From assembly GCF_018350175.1 (NCBI RefSeq), contig NC_058369.1, forward strand, positions 11,348,001 through 11,412,000: a DNA stretch of 64,000 nt, written 5' to 3'. This document shows positions 10,097-57,700 of the stretch, one piece after another (the stretch's first letter is position 1; every line of letters starts with the position of its first letter). The translations under genes and the position numbers were made by a program. This DNA is from Felis catus (taxonomy: Eukaryota). The notes below the pieces were generated by a model that did no database searches, was not told where the DNA came from, and saw nothing but the letters and a program-made list of their open reading frames with translations.

Positions 10097-12614
10097 CTAG
10101 GGTCAAGACAGGTGGAATAATAACCGCCCCTCCCCCTTGCCCCCCAGAACTCTCCTGAGCTTCCGCCCCGGGTCTGGTCTCACCTGAAGAGGTTTCGGTA
10201 ATAGTTGAGGGGCCCAGTGAGGCCACCAGGCTGGGAGAAGTCATAAAGGAAGGCCTCGAGCTCGTTGGGAGTTAAGTGTGGGATGCCTCTCTTGCGGTGT
10301 GTGAGGGTGGTCTTCAGGATCTGGGTACACAGCAGACCTACAGTTTCAGTGCCCAGCCTGCCCAGTCCCAGCCCCCCACCCTCCACGTACCCCCAGGCCT
10401 TTGCCCCACTGCACCTGGAAGTCAGACATGGACAGTAACTTCTCAGGCAGCCAGGGAAGCTGGAACAGGAACACGTAGTTGGAACGGAAGAACTGGCTGA
10501 TGTGGTGTGTAGAGTAGTCTGTGGGCGGCAGGGGAAAGGCAGATGTGAGGCCTGGGCCTGGGGTGGCCCCACCCCCTCGCACTCCTACACGCACTCAGGT
10601 CAGGCACACAGATGCACCAACACTCAGGAATGTCATCGCATGCCGGACCTCGTGGGGGTGACTTGACATTCCTCCTGGCCCGGATGCCAGTGTCCCTCCC
10701 TGCCAAGTGGTCACTGTATCCACAGAATGGGGACACCTCTGTCTGCAGCCACTGCCCAGGTCTGGATGCATTTCAACACTTATTGAGCACCTACTGTATG
10801 CCAGGACCTGTTTAAAACCCTGGCGACACAGCAGTAAATGGCACAAACAAAACTCCCTTGCCCGCCTGAGAGCTGACAGTCTAGAGACAGAGACAGACAA
10901 GAAACAACAACACGGAGGGAGAGAGAGAGTGGGAGAGAGACCACAGCACTAGAACTATTATACTGGAAATTAGAATCAGGTGATGAGACGGGTATCTGCT
11001 TACTCATCTATGCCTTCCTTGCCAGAAGAAAGACATTTAGCCTGTCTTGCCTCAGTTTCCCCAACTGGATCGCGGAGATAACGACACTTTCGTATGCACA
11101 GAGGCTTGTGTTGGTTATGTATATGCAAAGCTCCTTGTCAGGGCAATTGTTACCTGTAGGTGCTCAGAAACCGTGAGTTACTCCTGAGTGCACGGTCACT
11201 GATTGTAGATTGGGAGCATCATGGGTGTCCCCAGCCCCCCGTGGGGGGGGGGGCGGTGTTGACTGGTGGACAAGGAAGTGTGGACACAGAGACAAGCCCC
11301 TCCACACAGGCATATTCCAGCGTCCCGGGCTCCCCAACACACCTTGGTACACAGACATGGGGGCCGCACTGACAACAACCATCCGCTCCACCAGGGACGG
11401 GTAGTAGATGGAGAAATTCCAGGCGAGGACCGCACCCCAGTCGTGGGCCACCAGGATGCACTTGGAATAACCTGGGGGGGTGAGAGGAACCAGTGGAGGT
11501 GAGAAGCCAGGGAGAAGCAAGGCAGGGGTGAGGGAGGCCAGGCCTGGGATGGGGGTATCCGCACCCAGGCCCAGGATGACGTCCTGGATGTCCACCATCA
11601 GCAGGTCGATGGTGTAACAGTCAACATCCCGAGGTGCATCTGAGGAGCCGTAACCCCGTAGGTCCACAGCCACCACGTGGAAGCGGCTCTGGAACTCCCA
11701 AAGCTGGTAGCGCCAGGAGAACCTGTCAGGCGGGTGGAGAGGGAGGTTGAGTCAGGGTCCCCAGGCTGCACCTCCACCCTACGCCCAGCAGGGGCCTTCG
11801 AAAACCCGACTTCCCTGCCCTGGACTTCCCAGAAAGGAAGATGGGGGAACCCCGCGCGGAAGGCAAGGTCGGCTGCACTCTGGGTCCAGGGCAGCGTCGA
11901 CACTGATACCGCTTTGTCCCATCTCTGCAGGGACATTCCTGGAGACGCCTGTCCTCGAGCACCCCCTTCTATGCCTTGGGCCCCCAGTCTACCCAGCCAG
12001 CCCCGCGGCACCTCCAGCTCCATCTGCGGCCTTGGGCGCCCCAAGCCCCTGGGCTTCATATCTACCAGTTCTCCGGGAAGCCGTGCAGAAACAGCATGAG
12101 GGGTCCGTTGCCACGTCCAGCGGAGACATAGTGGAGGCGCAGGCCCGAGCTCTGGGGGAGGGCACAGTCAGAGACCCGGGGAGGCCCTCCTCACTAGGCT
12201 TGACAGCCCCCCCCTCCCCGCCCTTCCGGCCACGCGCCGACCCCCGTTTGGATTCCACCGTTTGCTCTCCGCTCACTGGGGCTCGGCCCCGACGGGGCCC
12301 GACCTCCCGGGGTTCTCGACCCTCGAAGCCCCGACGGCCCCCCGCACAGCCGCCCGCGCACGCGCGCTCACCTTGAGGGTCAGGAAGCAGTGTTCGCCCA
12401 GCGTGGGGTCGCTCAAGCAGGCGGGTGGGGTGCGCCGGGGGCGCCCGCAGCAGCCGCGCCGGGGCCGGCACAGCACGTGCGTGAGCGCGATGCAGCCGTA
12501 GACGGCGGCGGTCAGCAGCGCCGCGCAGAACACGAGGCTCCACATGAAGGCGCGCAGGAGCTTCAGAGTGACGCGCGACGGCGCCAGCAGCGCTGTCACC
12601 ACCAGCTCCGGCAT
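9871..12614 (-). CDS. EPHX3: Epoxide hydrolase 3 (ABHD9), complete 7-exon CDS, 360 aa
   Basis: Exons 12372-12614, 12066-12151, 11565-11722, 11343-11471, 10415-10518, 10184-10320, 9871-10096 total 1083 nt with consistent phases. N-terminal hydrophobic anchor, HGFP oxyanion motif, HDWG nucleophile (D173), GHW catalytic His. Confidence 0.96.
10184..10320 (-). CDS. EPHX3: EPHX3 coding exon 6
   Basis: [12 protein letters not shown]...[11 protein letters not shown], 137 nt. Confidence 0.94.
10415..10518 (-). CDS. EPHX3: EPHX3 coding exon 5
   Basis: [35 protein letters not shown], 104 nt. Confidence 0.94.
11343..11471 (-). CDS. EPHX3: EPHX3 coding exon 4
   Basis: [17 protein letters not shown]...MSVYQ, 129 nt. 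Confidence 0.94.
11565..11722 (-). CDS. EPHX3: EPHX3 coding exon 3
   Basis: [25 protein letters not shown]...DVILGL, 158 nt. Confidence 0.94.
12066..12151 (-). CDS. EPHX3: EPHX3 coding exon 2
   Basis: [29 protein letters not shown], 86 nt. Confidence 0.94.
12372..12614 (-). CDS. EPHX3: EPHX3 coding exon 1
   Basis: [14 protein letters not shown]...GEHCFLTLK, 243 nt, AAG|GTGAG donor. Confidence 0.95.
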
Positions 12615-13959
12615 GTCGCCGCGACCCGGGACGACTTCGGCGCTGCCTTCGGGGGGCGGGGGGCGAGAGCAGCAGCAGCGAGGCGGGATCCGGGCTGGGA
12701 AGCCCACCGCCTTTGGTCTGGGGACCTTCCGTGCCTCCGGAGCTTAAGGAACGCGCCGAGAGAAGAGGCGGGAGGCTTATATCGAAACAGCCACCGCACA
12801 CGAGTCACCTAAGTGCCAGGTAAACACCTGGGCGCGACGGCGACAGGGAACAAGGATAGGGTGCGGGGATGGAGCCTGCGAGGACCAGGCTTCCGAGGCT
12901 GGGGAGGGGCTTTGAGGAGAGGGGAAGAGAATTGAGGGCGGGGCCTAGGCAGGCGGGGGGGGGGCGGTGGGCTTCATAAGGGGGCGGGGCCGAGTAGGAC
13001 TCCGCCGCGGGTGGGTGGGAATATTAAGTCTAGAGGGAGATTGATGTCTGGACAAACAGGGGATAAGGAGGTGACTTTAGTGAAATGGGCGGAGCCTGGA
13101 GCGAAGGGGCGGAGCAATGCAGGGTAGGTGCGGCCTACGCGCCGGAACCGTGGACCCACCTTGGCCTAGGAGCTGCGTAGGAGATGGAGGCGTGGCTTAG
13201 AGGGAGGGCGGGGCGAGGGTGGAGTCCAGATGAGGCGGGGCCTAAAGTTGGGCGGGAGAAGGCCGGAGGCTGGGCCCGGAAACTTTGGGTGCGAGGGCTG
13301 GGCCAATAAGCTGGGGGTCGGCCCGGCTCCGGGATGAAGGGACGGGGGGCGGGGCCGGGGCCTAATATGGCGGGGCGGGCGGGCCCGGAAGCGGAAGGAG
13401 GGGACAGGTAGTGCCTTGGCTGGGATTAGGAGGCGCGGGCGGTCGCCGCAACCCGGGGAGGACTTGAGAGCCCCTGCCGCCGCCCTTCGGAGCTCCCCTT
13501 CTGGACTGCGAGGCCCTGTCCTTGGCCTGGCTGGGAGAGACCTAGCAGCACCCTCACCCAGGCCTGGTTCCAACGGCGGGTCCAGTGGCCTCGACCCCGG
13601 GAAGTCCTCCAGTTAGTCCAGCGCCCGCCGGCCCCGCCCCTGCACGGCTGTGATTGGAGGGCGGTGGTCATTGACGTGCGGGTGACAGGTCTCGCCCGGG
13701 AGCCAATCGGCAGGTGTTGAGGCCGGGCTGGGGGGGTGGGGATTCGCCGGTGGCGACCAATGGAGACGCGGAGACTCTTAACTTCTAGAGGGCTGACCGG
13801 GCCCGCGAGCCGGAGGACCGGGCCGGTTGAGTCCCTGGGGCGGTCAGAAAGAGGAAGTCGGTCAGGATCGGTCGAGAAGGCCGACAGGGCAGGTTCTTCC
13901 TCCTGTTTTGCAACCTTCCCCCAAGATCCTAAACATTTCATGGTCACTCACCGTTTAAC

Positions 13960-14070
13960 CCACGTAACAACCCTATTAAGTGTAGGTACTATTATCACAT
14001 CTCTGTATTACAGACCACGAACCTGAAATTCGGGGATTAAGTCATTTGCCTAAAGCCATACAACTTGCTG
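13960..14070. mobile_element. MIR fragment
   Basis: acaaccct...gtaggtactattatc...attaagtcatttgcctaaagccatacaact resembles the MIR core. Confidence 0.65.
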
Positions 14071-14517
14071 AACGAGATTTATGAAAAAAGCAACAATCTC
14101 GGGCTCCACCTCTCCCGCCCGGAGGCGGCCATTGGAACGCTGTTAGCTTTCTTCTGGTGGTTACCCAGGTATCTCGCTCGACAGGCTTGTGTGGCCATTT
14201 CTTGAGGACCAATTTAGGAAGTTCATTAAGCATGGACTCGAGCCTCACCACCCCTGGACGGACCCTGCCCGTTTTTGGTTTTCCTTTTGGTTTCCTCTCT
14301 AACTTTAAACACCCTTCTCATTATTTTTGTCACCTCCCACTGCTAACCTCTACCTTTGTGTTGTTAAGGCTGAACAGGACACCATCCTGGGCCCATAATT
14401 AAGTCTGTGGGTTCCTACTTAAAGGGGCATGGTGGTTTATGTGGTTCGGCCTCAGTAAACAATGTATTTCAGACTCGGTTGGACGGCTATGATTACATGG
14501 CTTGTATTGTACAAAGG

Positions 14518-14523
14518 TTTATT
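14518..14523 (-). terminator. BRD4: Most distal candidate BRD4-L poly(A) signal AATAAA
   Basis: tttatt on the + strand with neighbouring UGUA elements. Confidence 0.5.
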
Positions 14524-14807
14524 CTCCCTGTACCAAGTACCTTTCTTTTCTTGCACGATTAGCCTGGATCACAGCTTCGGTTTCTTTTACACTTTCCATC
14601 AAATCAATCCTCCACAGCCACTGGGTGATCCCGGTTGTGCCTCCTTGAGTCCTCTAATCTGGCTGCATGGCTGGTGGGAGTCTGGGGATCGCCCTTCTTC
14701 CTCTGCTACACAAAACCGACTCCCTCCATCCCCCTACCCCAGCTTTGCCCTCAGACAAAAAGACAGCAGTAGTCACAGGATGGTTAATTTTATATTCAGT
14801 ACAAATG

Positions 14808-14813
14808 TTTATT
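14808..14813 (-). terminator. BRD4: Distal candidate BRD4-L poly(A) signal AATAAA
   Basis: tttatt on the + strand; U-rich tract (14833-14849) upstream in the transcript. Confidence 0.6.
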
Positions 14814-16095
14814 TTTGCAATGAGAACTGCACAAAAAAAAAAAAAAAAACCTTTAGTATATAAGTGAAAAGTCTACGAATTCCCTTCTACAAATGTCTAA
14901 AGTGTTTAATACAAGTCTCAGATTCACTGACATAATTATTGGCCAAGCGATCCGTGCATACAGTACAGTGGGGGGCTTGTACACACCTCTTACTCTTGTA
15001 TAGGACTAAGATTTCTAGTACTGTGGGAGGGAATGGAAAATGGCCAGAGAAATTAAATAGTAGATCAAGTTCTAATTACAACCCAGTTAGAGGAACACCC
15101 ATCAGGGAGGTGTGGAGAGGGCCATAGCAGAATTAAATCTTCAGAAGGAAAGTGCAGACAAAACCATTTCTCCAGCTAAACAGTCGGACCTGGCCTGGGG
15201 AAGTTACTGAACAAAACACGGAACAGAAGTGAGGGAGTGGGATGAGATGGAAGAAACCCCAAAGAACCAATGAAGTCCCACTTGAACCGGCAGCACAGTG
15301 GCACATCGAGGAAGTGCCTGCTGGGTGTGGGGCAAGGGTACGGAGGCAAGTGGGGGCCTGTGGCCGGTTGCCTGAACTACACTCTTGCCAAGAGGTTTCG
15401 GCAGATCCCAAACACAAGATGATACAAGGGCTTTTCCGGTTGAAACAGAAAAGGGAGATAGGGGTTAAGAAACAGTGCTAGAAATGTTTCAGTTTACGTC
15501 TCTGCACACATAAATGATACACTTTCATCCTACATCCTAGGGGCCACGCTTGAGTGCCCCCCTCGCCTTGTGGCACACAGGCAAGGGAGGCAGGGTAGCC
15601 ATACGGCAGGATCTCTCGGGCAGGCATGTGTGCGTGCGTGTCTACATGCATGGGGCGGGGGAGGATCCCATTTTGGGGGATGGACACTTATCTAAGAACA
15701 TCTGGTTAACCCTGAGCTTAAATGAAAGGAGCAGTTAAGGTAGAGGCAGGCAAGGTGGCAGAAGTGGCCCAAGTCCTCTGGTGAGTGGGGGACCAGGATG
15801 GAGGAGGGCGAAGGGGGGAAAATACTGTCTTGAGTCTGGCCAGGTTCTGCTGGAGCATGTCACCCCGCTAGGAGACCAGGGTCCATAGAAAGAATGGGTG
15901 CCTGGACTCCCTGTCACAGCTTCAACGTGGTCACAGGAGACGGCCTAGGTGGCCCTGGTGGTAGTTCTTGTACAAAGGTGGTTTGGGATTTGGGGGGGGG
16001 GGGGGGGGGGGGGAGCGGCCCTGGGCCTAACCTAGGCAACAGGTGGTTCACAAAGAAATGTCAGGAAGACACCAGCATTAAAAAAGAGAGATGTG

Positions 16096-16101
16096 TTTAT
16101 T
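16096..16101 (-). terminator. BRD4: Candidate main BRD4-L poly(A) signal AATAAA
   Basis: tttatt about 1.5 kb after the stop, followed in the transcript by U/GU-rich sequence. Confidence 0.7.
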
Positions 16102-17575
16102 CCATGATCAGTACAGACCAAATGCATATTCACCGTATGAAAGTCAAACCAGTCAGTGACTCCAGAGTTTGGCCAACACTGAGGCACCAGCGACGTGGTG
16201 TAGAGTGGGTTCTCATGGCACACGTAACCTCACCAAGGGCTCCAATTATAAAATTAAAAAAAAAAAAAAAAAAAAAAAAAGTAGGGGAAGTGGCAGCCAG
16301 CTGGTCAGGCTGGGTGGGGAGCCTCTGCCTCAGTGGTCTGTGGCCCCCAGCCCCTGGTGCCCGCCTCATCCCCTGGCCCTTCCTTTCCTGGTAAAAAACA
16401 ACTCAAAACAGATTTGACATTAAAAAACAAAGGAGTGGGGAGGGAAAAGAAAACATGGCTTTATAATTAAAAATAGACTAATAAAGTTTGAAACTGAGTA
16501 AAATATAGGCAGTTTTTTTTTGTGTGTTTTGTGTTTTGTTTTGTTTTTTGTGGGTTTTTTTGAGTTTTTTTTACACCAGTTTGGTGGAGTCACCAACAAA
16601 CTTCAAACAAAGATATGCCAACTATGTTCACTACACAGTACAGCCACGGTCACACACTACCCACAGCGCGGTGGCAGCCGCCGCTCAATGAGGAGACGAT
16701 CACACCATTTCGGAGATAAGCAGTGCCATTGTGTCTGGAGGAGAAGAGAGAGTTAAAAATAAAATAGAATCCAACAAAAAATATATATATAGGAAAAAAA
16801 AAAAAAACAAAAAAACAAAAAAACCCAGAAACACAGTTGGGAAGGAACTGACTTTGGTTGGTGGCCTCACTCACCGGGCGAGGCCGGCCCACACACGCGC
16901 GTGTGACAGTCACCTCGCTCCGAATTGCCATGGACACACACACACCTCCACGGCACTATTCCCTTTTGCACAAGCGAACACTTACAGAGAGCGGCTCTCG
17001 ATTAAAGGCTTGTGGGGGGAGGGGAGGGGTGGGGTCTGTTCAAGGCAAAGTCAGTGCCAGCAAGGGGTGGGCCGGCGCCCTCGCCCGCCTCCAGCTCGCT
17101 CGGGCCTGCCCTGGCCTCCTGGGAGCGGGCGGTGGTGGCTGGGGTGTGGGGGGAAGGACTCCTGGTGGGCAGGACGTCACGAACGTCACTTTCTCGGGGA
17201 CAGAAACCAGTCACGGTGGTGGCGGCAGCAACAATGTCCTGTGTATACTGTGTAGACATTTGGCGGAGAGCAGGGCCTGTGCCCTGCCCGCGGGGACGCG
17301 CGGCTTGGGTCTGGCCGGCACTTGCTCGTGGCGAGGCGTGCTCTGAGCTGACGTCCCGTGAGGGGGTGGTGGGTGGCGGGCTGTCCAGCTGGCTGTAAGG
17401 CAGACAGGCTCTGCGATCCTCAGCTGCCCGTCAGGCCTGCCCCGGGCACAGCATGCAGGAGGGCCAGGCCCGGAGACACCCCCTCGCCGCTGCTACCGCC
17501 TCCACTGCCGCCCCTAACACTATGGAGAGTCAACGTTTTGCCAGAAAATCAGAGTCAGAAGTCACCTAGGTGCTC

Positions 17576-52475
<34,900 letters not shown>

Positions 52476-52815
52476 TCAGAAACCAGGCAGCAGATGGGCA
52501 CCACTCACAGTGCCACAAGTGTGTGGCTTCCAAGGGCCGAGCTCCTCTGATGGAAACTGGTCAGGCTGACCAGAGAGCCGCTTCTTGCACTGACTAAAAT
52601 AAAAGGCCCCCTGTGTCTGCTCTCCTCGGCAGAGAGCAGACGACGCATCCTACAGAACGGAAGAGAGAGCACGCACCAATAGCGCGCATCAGGAGAGACG
52701 GGGCTCAGAGAGAAGAGCTGACCAGGAGCCTGCAAGGGCTGCGAGCACTACTGATTCCATGCAGAAAGAGGCAGAATGAGCAACAAACCAGGTTTTCACA
52801 TCATGTAACGGTTAT

Positions 52816-52998
52816 TAAAAAAAAAAAAAAAAGTTTTTACTCATTTAGTTGGGGCTGGGGGGACAGAAACCGCATCCCCAAGCAGGCTCTGGCAGTATAG
52901 GTGCACAGCCCAACATGGGGCTCGATCCCATGAACCATGAGATCATGACGTGAACCAGAGTCGGACGCCTGACACACAGAGCCACCCAGGCAACACCC
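52816..52998 (-). mobile_element. Diverged Can-SINE
   Basis: ggggctcgatcccatgaaccatgagatcatgac...gagccacccaggc. Confidence 0.8.
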
Positions 52999-54450
52999 AT
53001 CTGAGAGTTTTTCAGGGACACTGCCTGTGTGGGAGGCAGGATGATTTGCAAGCCCCCAAATATGTCCTTTACATTAAAATTCTTTGTACTTGTGGCCCAT
53101 GAAACATCGAACCAAGTCAGTAATTCTGTTTGGCGATCAGGGCCAGAAGAGTGGCCCACGGAGTCCACTGCCAAGTGCTCAGGGCAAATGCTCACACTCA
53201 CTAAGAACACGTCCTTGGTGACTAAAACAACGCATGTTTGCTGATTAAAGAAATCCCACAAAGTAAGTGTTGATAACCTGAAAGTTATCACTTTATTAAC
53301 CAGGTTTTCAAAGCTTATTCACAGAGATACAGAAAGTTACCTCTCGCGAACTGCACAGGGGGTGTGAGACCCCCAGTTCAATGCCTGTATGAGCACCCCT
53401 TCCGAGGCACTCTCCTCACCTGAACGACCCCTGCTTCGGGCCACGCCAAGAATGCAAATCCCGCCAAGAGCATCCTCACGATGGCAACTTTGTGCACCTG
53501 TCCAGTTATTCTAACAAAACCACAGATATGGGGTACATGTTTTTACTGCCAAAATGCCCTCCAGAAACACAGTAATTCACCCCTTACTTACAGTGCTGAG
53601 AGTTCCCACACTCTGTTAATGAGAAGAAACATCTGCTCAAATGTGTACTGACTATTTGGCATTCTTTCGGTGTACACTTTTCTACTGGCAAGAAAAAGGA
53701 AGTATCAACTTTAAGCCCAGTGCCCAGAATAAGAAAGACTTTGTAATCTAGGAGCTGCCTGCAGCTAATGAATATCGCCAGTAATAACCCTAGGAGTTCA
53801 GTGCGGGTAAGAAAACCTCTCCGGCTGAGGGAGTCAGGCAAAGGCTTAGGAAAAAAAAAGGCAGATTTTACAATCACATGACTCTGGTAGGCAGAGGGGA
53901 CCAAAAAAGACAGGGCAAGTTCACTGGCTCTGTCATGGCTTTTTTTCGGGAACACACTTAGCACAAGCTAGGCACTCTGGCTGCTGAAGAATTACTTTAT
54001 AATTCAATCCAAGTGTCATTTAAACCAAGAGCCCCACAAAGGTTTTGGTAGATGCAGTTCTGGCAAATTATCAAGTTTTAAAAGCACCAGGGGAAAGCTT
54101 GCTACGTAAAAGCAAGTCGGTCAGAGGGGGCTGTGGAGAGCTGGCCCTCCTGGTCTGAGGCGTCCACCTCTCCACCCTCTGCCCCCACGGCCAGCCCCAC
54201 ACATGGGTCCTATTCGCAGGGGAAGCCCATGAGCTGACAAAACGGACCTGGTCAAGGAGACAGCATTCCTTCCAGGGCGCTCTGGCTGACTGCAGGTCTA
54301 GGTGTCACCTGGCTAGTGAACACATGGGAGAGGCCGCTGCAGGGAGGGGACCCAAGTGGGAGGAGCCCAAAGCCAACACGTGCAAGAGGCTGAATCTTAC
54401 AAATTCGGTCTGGGAACTGAATCCAGGCTTGCTTTAAGAGGTTAAGACTG

Positions 54451-54727
54451 GGACACCTGGGTGGCTCCGTCGGTTAAGCGTCAGACTTCGGCTCAGGTCA
54501 TGATCTCGCGGTCCGTGAGTTTGAGCCCCATGTCGGGCTCTGTGCGGTCAGCTCAGAGCCTGCAGCCTGCTTCGGATTGTGTGTCTCTCTCGCTCTCTGT
54601 CCCTCCCCCACTCATGCTCTCTCAAAATTGAATAAATGTTAAAAAAAAAAAAAAGAAACAAAGAAAAACCTTTAAATAAATAAATAAAACTGACCCAGAC
54701 TTATTAAAAAAAAAAAAAAAAAAAAAA
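54451..54727 (+). mobile_element. Can-SINE with long compound A-tail
   Basis: TSD gttaagactg at 54441-54450 and 54728-54737. Confidence 0.92.
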
Positions 54728-57569
54728 GTTAAGACTGTTCTCTATCCTTTTTCACCGAACAGGTAAGAAATCTGCCAAGTGCCTTTCCCCTTTTCCCAGA
54801 TGGGATGGCCACTTAAAAACAAACAAGAAACAAAGAACCAAACAAACCTCAAACCAAGTAATTCATTAGTCATTTAGTTCATTAGAGAGGACAACACTGT
54901 GGAGAGAAATCCTAGTGCTACCATCCAAGACAACAGAGGGTGGGTACGTTGCAGCAGTCCCAACTTAGGTCTAGATGTGGTCTTGCATCAAATGCTGCAC
55001 TTAAGTATTTAATGAGGCCCAACTGTGTCCAAGACACCAGGTGAGTATTTATAATCTGTGCCCTTCTCAGGGTCCTCTGGAGATCTGAGAAGGGGGTGGA
55101 GGTGGGGTCAGCTCCTAGGGCAGACTCTAAGATGGGTATGCTCTCCCAGAACAACAGGCTGGGAACACTTACAGGAAAGGGAATAGGGGGGCTTTGAAGG
55201 TGTGAAGCGATTTCCGGGTACCCACCCCCACCAAATGGTGCTAAAGATGGGGAAGGAGCACTCAGGGCTGAAACCAGACAGGCATCTGGCATCAGAGCTT
55301 GAGGGGGCCTGCAGGTGGGGAAGTGGGCAGCAGTCTGGAGAGCATCTCCCAAGACAAGAGCAGTGTTCCAGGAGTTCATGGACCATGAAGGGGCATTTCC
55401 CTACATCAACTTCATCTGAAGGTGGGAACAGTGAGACTATCCTGGACTACAATACTTTCCAAAGGCAGATGTGAGTGGGTAGGCCTGTTCCAGGCTCTGG
55501 AGACACAAGACACATCCCCTCTCCCATCAGGGTTACTTGTGGTACAAGTCTGTCCAGAACTAATGGCCACGTGGTCCCGGAAGGAAGTGCCTGGGGCACA
55601 AATCAAGGCAGGGCAGTAGGCATGGAGGCATTACTGGTGGGAGGTAAGCGCATGAGGTATGCATGAGGAAAGCCCAGCTGGGAGGTAAGAAAGGAGCCCA
55701 ATGACTTGAGTAAAATGCATCCCAATAAGAGCAGGAAGGAGGGGAAGCACCCAAAGGGTGGGGTAAGGTGTGGAACCATCAGCAGGAGATTGCTCAGAGG
55801 AGAGAACAGAGGGAAGGAAGAGAGATCAAGGGGCCAGGCTGAATCACACACCACTGAGTAGGACATGGGAAGGGAGGAAGCACCCCAGAAGCCGCATTCA
55901 GTCATGCGTGGAGCCTTCAAAAAGTGTGCCTTCATTCCTGAGGTGGGCAGCAAGGAAGACAGAAAAGGGTTTCTCCAACTGAGGTTTAATCAGTAAAGAG
56001 GGGACCTCAACCTCAGAGAAGCAAGGTCTACAGCCACCTGCAGAGTGATATGCCAGGGCTCAGGTGCGGCTGTAGGAGGGTTCAAAGGACACCTTTAGGT
56101 GGATGGCGTTTAATCACCTGGTATGCATCCTCTATTTTCATTTTACTCATTCCAGTATTCACAAGGAAAGTCCCTGATTGGTGCCAGTGTGAAAGGCTGT
56201 GCAGAGAGGTATCAGCAGAGAATATGACCATCTGCGTAGAATTTAACAACGCTGTTGTTCTGTTCTCATTGTATTTAATTTTACTGATATCCATGTGTGG
56301 TTTTTTATTTAGTTTACTTTCAAAATAAAGGCACTACAAACACAACAGTAAACTGTTTAAAAAACGAAACAAAACCCAACACCATGTCTCTGGAGGGGAG
56401 CCAGCCAAGACCGACTGCGGGTTCCAGGTGGGAGAAGCCAGTGGGTCAGGAGAGTTTTCAGGAACTGTGGGAAGTGGGGCGGAGGGCAGAGAGCCAGGTA
56501 CAGGACTGCAGAAGCTTTGGAGCACTCCCTGGAAAATCCTCCACAGATAAGTGGATGTGGGTAATCGTTTATTGGGCAACTACAGAAACTGGGGTGGGGC
56601 CGGTGAGGCAGGAGGGGGAGACAGAGGGAAGAATGACATGGACAGTGTGCCAGCTGGCCAGGATGCTTCTGTATGGTGGCCATGGACCAGGCACACAGAG
56701 ATACAGGACATGCTGAGTGTCTGGATACAAGTCTCAACAGAAGGGCAACATCACAGAGAAGGAAATAGGTCAGTAGGATTCTTAAAAGTTCTTAAAAAGA
56801 ACTCCTTGGAGTCAGCTGGGAGAAGGTTCCACGCAGCAGGACAGAATGCTGGTCCGAAGGAATAAAAGGAAACAAGTGTAAATGTGGCACCATCATGAAG
56901 GGAGGCTGGGATATACACTGAAGTGAGCCTGGAAGGCTGGAAAGGAGGGTGGCACTAAGTGAGGATAAAGAATGATTTGCAGTTCTGCTTCCACTATTCA
57001 GTTTCTCCAAGAAAACAGCCTGAGAATTTCACAGCCAAGCACATGGCAGGTAAGCTGCCACAGCAAGGGGGCAGGGGTGGCCCCATCCTGGAGATGTTCT
57101 GGCCCCAGGGCAGTGGAGCCCAGTCAGCCACAAGCACACAAAATGCCAGGGGGCCAAGCACGCCCCACCAGGAGGAAGCAGTCCCATATGTTTTCCATTA
57201 AGCAATGACATTCTGGAAGTCTCTAAACAGTGTCCACAGGGCAAGATGAAGTCAAGGCAACTGACTTCTGGAACCTGTGGGCTGGGCTGTACCTTTTTTT
57301 CTCTCCAAATGGACTCTCAGGGAAGCTAAGGGATGGAAGGCTCTGGACATAACCACTTTTCTTCACCTTCAAGCGAGCCCTGATGGGCTGTTGAGCCAAG
57401 AAAGCTGCATTTTTTTTTTTTTTTTGTTCACAAAATGAACGGACCTTTCTCTACAGATAGCCTGATCCTCCAACTTTGCCTCATCTCTACGCTTTTAAAC
57501 CACTATTTCCACCACAAAAACCAAACACCCTTCCCTAGTCAGCCCTCTCACATTTGACACACAGTAACA

Positions 57570-57700
57570 TTTAAATCCTCAAAACAACTCTGAGATTGCT
57601 TCTGGTCTTATCCCCATTTTAAAGATGAAGACACGGAGGCACAGAAAAGTAACTTACCCAGGAAGTAGAAAGATCAGACCTAAGCAGCCAGGGTGACCCA
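57570..57700. mobile_element. MIR fragment
   Basis: ttaaatcctcaaaacaactctgag...tatccccattttaaagatgaagacacggaggcacaga. Confidence 0.7.

Larger units (their letters stand above)
11840..13900. promoter_or_regulatory. EPHX3: EPHX3 CpG island with apparent proximal (TATA-like) and distal (CCAAT/CRE) promoters
   Basis: CpG-dense. ATATAAG on the minus strand at 12776-12782; many GGGCGG at 12930-13400; CCAAT/ATTGG near 13653, 13703 and 13757; TGACGT near 13672; candidate non-coding exon donor TGG|GTGAGG at 13558/13557. Confidence 0.7.
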
